Below, piece after piece: positions 59,659 to 64,000 of a stretch of DNA of 64,000 nucleotides. The translations under genes were made by a program, and so were the position numbers. The DNA lies in NCBI GenBank assembly GCA_963674735.2, contig CAXXQS010000002.1:1376001-1440000 (forward strand), read 5' to 3'. The notes under the pieces are model-generated. The model had not been told where the DNA came from, made no database searches, and saw nothing but the letters and a program-made list of their open reading frames with translations. Source of the DNA: Myxococcota bacterium (GTDB lineage Bacteria; Myxococcota_A; SURF-8). Numbering within the stretch: position 1 is the stretch's first letter; every line of letters begins with the position of its first letter.

Positions 59659-61731
59659 ATGCGGAAGACATGTCCGATCAGTTTATGCCTGCTGGTACTC
59701 ATTCTGGCGATGTCCGGGTGCTTGGAAGCGCGGACGAAACCGGCCGACCATGCCTTGGTTAGCGATGCTCGTTTCGAGGCGGGAATGGAAGCCTTCCGTC
59801 GCTCGGATCTGGACTTGGCCGGTAAAAAGCTTGAAGCCTACGTAAAAAGCGATCCTTCAGCGGCCAACGTCGCCGAGGCGGTTTTGACTCTGGGTAAGAT
59901 CGCGCTATATGAACGCCGTTACGATGACGCCATTGCGTCTTTCGGACGCGTGACCGAAGGTTTTCCAAGCTCGCCGTATTCGCCGGAGGCACGCCATCTA
60001 TCGACCGTTGCGTCTGCGGAAAAGCGGCGCATGATGCAGCAAGCGAGCGCCGCATCGTCCGGATCTTCTCCGGTGGGTGACACGCCGACCGAGTCCCCCG
60101 CGCTTTCGAACTTGGCGGTCGGACCGCAGGGAGAGGCTTTTCTTACCTTGGTAGCCGCTTGGCGCGAAGCCGATGACGCGGGTCGGATTGCCCTTTCCGA
60201 CGACTTGAAAGAACAAGTCGACCGCATGGGCGAAGTCGAGTTGTTGCAGGTGCTGCACGAAACCGCCGGAGCTGATGAGCCGTTCGGAGTGATCCTTTAT
60301 CGATTGGGTGCTTTAAATCGGCACCAGGGCGAAATCGATCGGGCTGTGCGTCATTTCGACCGTCTTCGCAAAGAGTTTCCCGAGCATTCTCTCGCAAAAC
60401 GCGCCGCATCGGCCCTTGCGCAAATCGAGAGCTGCCGGAAGGTCGACGCCAAGAAAATCGGTGTTATGTTGCCCCTTTCCGGGCGCTTTAAAGTGTTGGG
60501 AGAGCGGCTACAGCAAGCTGTCGAGTTGGCGGGGACCGAGATGAAGGCCCGGCTTGGCGGTAACGTAGAATTGATTGTGCGTGATACCCAAGGGGATCCC
60601 AAAACGGCCGTAGCCGTCTTCGATCGTCTGGTTCTCGAAGAAAACGTGATCGCCGTGATTGGCCCGGTGTTGGGCGATACGGCTCAGACCGTCGCATATC
60701 GGGCGCAACACTACGGTGTTCCACTCGTGACCCTTTCGCCGCGCAAAGGGTTGCCCGAAATCGGGGATCAAGTTTTTCGTGTGGCCATGACGGCCGAGAT
60801 GCAGGCTCAGACGATTGTGTCTTATGCGTGGGATACGCTGGAGTTGCGGCGCTTCGCGATTTTGTATCCTCGGCATAACTACGGCGAAGATTTGGCCCAT
60901 GCTTTCTGGGACGAAGTCAAAAAACGAAACGGGATCATCGCCGGGGTGGAAAATTATGTTTACGATGCCACCACGTTCAAGCGTCCGGTGCGCAGTATGG
61001 TGGGACGATACAATCTGGTGTATGCAAATCCCGATGGGGGTGTGTGCCGCGACACAAGCGGTGCTCGTTGCGGTTTGGTGCGCAGCAAATATGATGACGA
61101 GGCCTGGCCGATTGTCGATTTCGAAGCCCTGTTTATTCCCGACTATGCTCGGCAAGCCGGTATGATCGCACCCTCCCTTCCTTTTGAGGAAGTGGAAATC
61201 GATACCAAGCGAACCTATGACTATCGCCGGGTGACGCGCAAACGGCGTCGAACCGGAAAAGATGTCCCGATGGTGCAGCTATTGGGAGGTAACGGCTGGA
61301 ATAATCCCCGCCTCAAGGAGTTTGGCGGAAAATGGGTTGAGGGTTCGATCTTTTGCGATGGCTTCTTTGCGGGAGATGTCGACAATCCTCGGGTGTATAC
61401 CTTTGTCGACGCCTTCAAGAAGGCCTATAAGCGCCAGCCCGGATCGATCGATGCCTATGCCTATGATGCGGTCGGGTTCGTTGAACAGGCGCTCGCGAGT
61501 CGCAAACCGACTGAGCGTCGAGGTTTTCGTGATGCTCTTATCGCCATTCAGGATTTCAAAGGTGTGACGGGCGCTCAGAGCTTCGCCTCCGATGGCGAGT
61601 TGCTTGGCCGCTTGATTCTGCTGACGTTGCACGAAGAAGAAATTGTTCCGGCGGTTGTATATGAAACAAACGCCGCCGAAACCTTGGATAATGCGGCCCC
61701 CCAATCCCAAAAACTGCCGAGCGAGGGATAA
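59659..61731 (+). CDS. TPR-containing lipoprotein with a type 1 periplasmic-binding-protein domain (LpoA/LppC-like PBP activator)
   Basis: Lipobox AMSG|C, TPR/CpoB-like helices (FPSSPYSPEA), KIGVMLPLSG, VIGP, DFEALFIPD, QLLGGNGWN, FKGVTG. Confidence 0.78.
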   Translation: MRKTCPISLCLLVLILAMSGCLEARTKPADHALVSDARFEAGMEAFRRSDLDLAGKKLEAYVKSDPSAANVAEAVLTLGKIALYERRYDDAIASFGRVTEGFPSSPYSPEARHLSTVASAEKRRMMQQASAASSGSSPVGDTPTESPALSNLAVGPQGEAFLTLVAAWREADDAGRIALSDDLKEQVDRMGEVELLQVLHETAGADEPFGVILYRLGALNRHQGEIDRAVRHFDRLRKEFPEHSLAKRAASALAQIESCRKVDAKKIGVMLPLSGRFKVLGERLQQAVELAGTEMKARLGGNVELIVRDTQGDPKTAVAVFDRLVLEENVIAVIGPVLGDTAQTVAYRAQHYGVPLVTLSPRKGLPEIGDQVFRVAMTAEMQAQTIVSYAWDTLELRRFAILYPRHNYGEDLAHAFWDEVKKRNGIIAGVENYVYDATTFKRPVRSMVGRYNLVYANPDGGVCRDTSGARCGLVRSKYDDEAWPIVDFEALFIPDYARQAGMIAPSLPFEEVEIDTKRTYDYRRVTRKRRRTGKDVPMVQLLGGNGWNNPRLKEFGGKWVEGSIFCDGFFAGDVDNPRVYTFVDAFKKAYKRQPGSIDAYAYDAVGFVEQALASRKPTERRGFRDALIAIQDFKGVTGAQSFASDGELLGRLILLTLHEEEIVPAVVYETNAAETLDNAAPQSQKLPSEG

Positions 61732-61741
61732 GCGAAACACG

Positions 61742-62509
61742 ATGAAACCCAAGAGCCCACACTCACTTTCCATTGACGGGAAGAAACCGAAAGCCGAGGT
61801 GGATCTCCCACTGTCGAGCGATTGGACTCCGGGCCGGACTCACCGTAGAGAAACGGATCCCATTGAATTGGTTCCCGAGAAAGACGCAACTGAAGGCAAC
61901 GCAAGTTTGCAAAAGCGCTCAGACTATTCGGCTCTGAAGGTGACGGCGATCGATGTTGACGACGAAAGGCCTGCGGTTGAGGCGAAAGCCGCAGCATCGG
62001 TAAAAACGGCGGAAAAATCGGCGGACACGCCACCGACAAAGGAGTGTCCCAAGTGCGGCTATCCGAGCCGACACCGTCATGCCTGCGATCGTTGCGGGCT
62101 GATATTCGCAAAATGGCGGCCGGAGATGGCGGTTCAGGAATACCGCCATGTACCCGCCGGTGTCCGGCAGCGCGCCGAGCAACTTTGGGACGAAGTTGCA
62201 GATTCCGAAAACCGCGAACAGGCTTTGGCGGCTTTTCATGATTACTGCATGACCTGCGGTGCTCGTGATTTTGCCGCTGTTCGTTATCGGACTCATCTGG
62301 TAACGCATCCCGATGACAGTCTGGTGATCGGATACCGGGATAAACTACTGAAACAGGCCGCCTTGTTGATTCCCGCGCCCGGAAGATCGTCCAAAAACGG
62401 AGATACCTCCCTGTCACGGCGCGGTGTGATGTTGGCGTTGGGTGCGGCCGTTCTGCTGAGCGTTCTGGTTGCTTGGGCCATGCTTCGTTTTCTTGAGGCC
62501 TATTCATGA
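61742..62509 (+). CDS. Zinc-ribbon protein with a C-terminal transmembrane anchor
   Basis: CPKCG...CDRCG and a hydrophobic C-terminal helix; ATG 11 bp after the upstream stop; ATGA overlap with the helicase gene. Confidence 0.7.
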   Translation: MKPKSPHSLSIDGKKPKAEVDLPLSSDWTPGRTHRRETDPIELVPEKDATEGNASLQKRSDYSALKVTAIDVDDERPAVEAKAAASVKTAEKSADTPPTKECPKCGYPSRHRHACDRCGLIFAKWRPEMAVQEYRHVPAGVRQRAEQLWDEVADSENREQALAAFHDYCMTCGARDFAAVRYRTHLVTHPDDSLVIGYRDKLLKQAALLIPAPGRSSKNGDTSLSRRGVMLALGAAVLLSVLVAWAMLRFLEAYS

Positions 62510-64000
62510 GTCTGGATCGTGAACGCCTCTTGGCGGATATCGAAGGTATTTTAGGTCCGGACGGCGTGCTTGAACAGCGTCTGGACGGCTTTGCCTTCCG
62601 CGAAGGCCAACTTGGTATGGCCCGCTTCCTCGCGAATACCTTATGTGATGGGCTTCCGGCGATGGTGGAGGGTGGCACGGGTATCGGTAAAACCCTCGCC
62701 TACCTGATTCCGACCCTTCTTTCGGGTCACAAGACCGTTGTTTCGACGGGAACCAAGACGCTCCAGGAACAGATATTCTTTAAAGATGTCCCGATGTTGC
62801 TTGATGCGGTGGACCTTCCGGTGAAGGTGACCTACATGAAGGGCCGCAGCAACTACCTGTGCAAACTGCGTTTCGGACAATTTGCCGCTCAGCGCATGTT
62901 CCGTTTTGCCTCGGATGGGAATTATTTCGATGCCATCGAGCAATGGGCGGCGGTGACCGAAACCGGCGACCGTGCCGAGTTAAGCGACATGCCGGATGAT
63001 TACAGTGCCTGGCAGGACTTGACCTCGACCTCCGACAACTGTCTGGGCAGTCGTTGCCGTCATTTCGATAGCTGTTACATCACGCGCATGCGCCGTCGAG
63101 CCCAGGAAGCGGATCTCATTATCGTTAACCATTACCTGTATTTTGCCGATCTGGCCGTGCGCGAAAATGAGTTCGGCGAGGTGATTCCGGATCACGATAT
63201 CGTGGTGATGGACGAAGCGCATCTGATGGAGTCGGTGGCGACTCAATATTTCGGACTGCGTGTTTCCAACCGTCTTTTTTTCTCGCTGGTGGACGATATC
63301 GGTCGTTGGAAGGCGAGCACAAAACTTATTGATGGGACGTTGGATGCCTTTATCGAAGAATTACGCATGGATGTGGCGCGTTTTTTCGAGCCGTTGGCGC
63401 AATTCGGTACACGCTACCGTTTCGATTCCGAAATGATCGACCCGGCGCTCGAAGATGCCTATGCCGATCTCGATAACCGGCTGGATATCATGGCTCGCCA
63501 TTTGGACGGTCTACCTGAAAAAGAAGAAGACGCCAAAGGCTTTGCCCATCGTTTGCGCAATCTCGCCAACAATACCGCCGCCGTTTTCGGCGAGCGCAGT
63601 CCCGAGTGGGTGTATTGGGGGGAAACGAACGGGCGCACGATTGCCTTGAATGCTTCGCCGCTGGATGTTGCGCCCTTGATGGAAAAACGCTTTTTTTCGC
63701 GTAATGTTCTGCCTCTGTTCGCCTCGGCGACTCTGGCGACCGGGGATTCGTTTTCCTATTTTCGCGAACGGGTCGGGTTGCCGCCGGAAAGTGTGGAAGG
63801 GGTTTTCCCCTCCCCGTTCGATTATCGTCACCAGACCCTGTTGTATGTCCCGCGCAGACTGCCGGAGCCCATGAGTGCCAATTTTCGCGTCAAAGCGGCG
63901 GCCGAGATCGAACGGCTGATCACCCTCAGCCGGGGAGCCGCGTTGGTGTTGTTTACCAGCTATGCCAATATGAACGACATTCATGCCCGCTTGGCCGGTC
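62506..64000 (+). CDS. ATP-dependent DNA helicase, DinG/YoaA (XPD) family, 3'-partial
   Basis: Not in the ORF track. Manual translation from ATG 62506: FREGQ (Q motif), EGGTGIGKT, STGTKTLQEQ, KGRSNYLC, CLGSRC..DSC (Fe-S ligands), VNH, DEAH, SPFDY, LFTSY. Confidence 0.93.
   Translation, partial: MSLDRERLLADIEGILGPDGVLEQRLDGFAFREGQLGMARFLANTLCDGLPAMVEGGTGIGKTLAYLIPTLLSGHKTVVSTGTKTLQEQIFFKDVPMLLDAVDLPVKVTYMKGRSNYLCKLRFGQFAAQRMFRFASDGNYFDAIEQWAAVTETGDRAELSDMPDDYSAWQDLTSTSDNCLGSRCRHFDSCYITRMRRRAQEADLIIVNHYLYFADLAVRENEFGEVIPDHDIVVMDEAHLMESVATQYFGLRVSNRLFFSLVDDIGRWKASTKLIDGTLDAFIEELRMDVARFFEPLAQFGTRYRFDSEMIDPALEDAYADLDNRLDIMARHLDGLPEKEEDAKGFAHRLRNLANNTAAVFGERSPEWVYWGETNGRTIALNASPLDVAPLMEKRFFSRNVLPLFASATLATGDSFSYFRERVGLPPESVEGVFPSPFDYRHQTLLYVPRRLPEPMSANFRVKAAAEIERLITLSRGAALVLFTSYANMNDIHARLAG

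Overview
GC-rich bacterial chromosomal window. Gene order and protein style resemble Deltaproteobacteria/Myxococcota (inference). Left edge: a partial PBP1A gene (minus strand, absent from the ORF track) and a GT-C membrane glycosyltransferase. The central ~47 kb is one co-oriented type IVa pilus locus: pilB-pilT-pilC-pilin, fimU-pilV-pilW-pilX-pilY1, a small secreted protein, a ~1,060-aa Cys/Asp-rich lipoprotein, and a ~10,500-aa signal-peptide-bearing giant protein, closed by a strong intrinsic terminator. The giant protein is an Ig/FN3-like stalk with three copies of a super-module, each carrying a different cargo domain, and ends in a non-catalytic FGE-sulfatase/C-type-lectin-fold domain. 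This pilus-linked giant adhesin system is the main candidate for novel biology. The right ~13 kb is mostly housekeeping: ctpA, TauE, rsmB-fmt-def (fmt has a 1-bp frameshift), Lon N-domain protein, MBL hydrolase, panD plus an atypical KamA-family aminomutase behind a structured pan-like leader, an LpoA-like lipoprotein, a Zn-ribbon membrane protein and a partial DinG helicase. I saw no rRNA, tRNA, CRISPR, transposase or reverse transcriptase. All domain calls are motif recognition by eye, not database searches.
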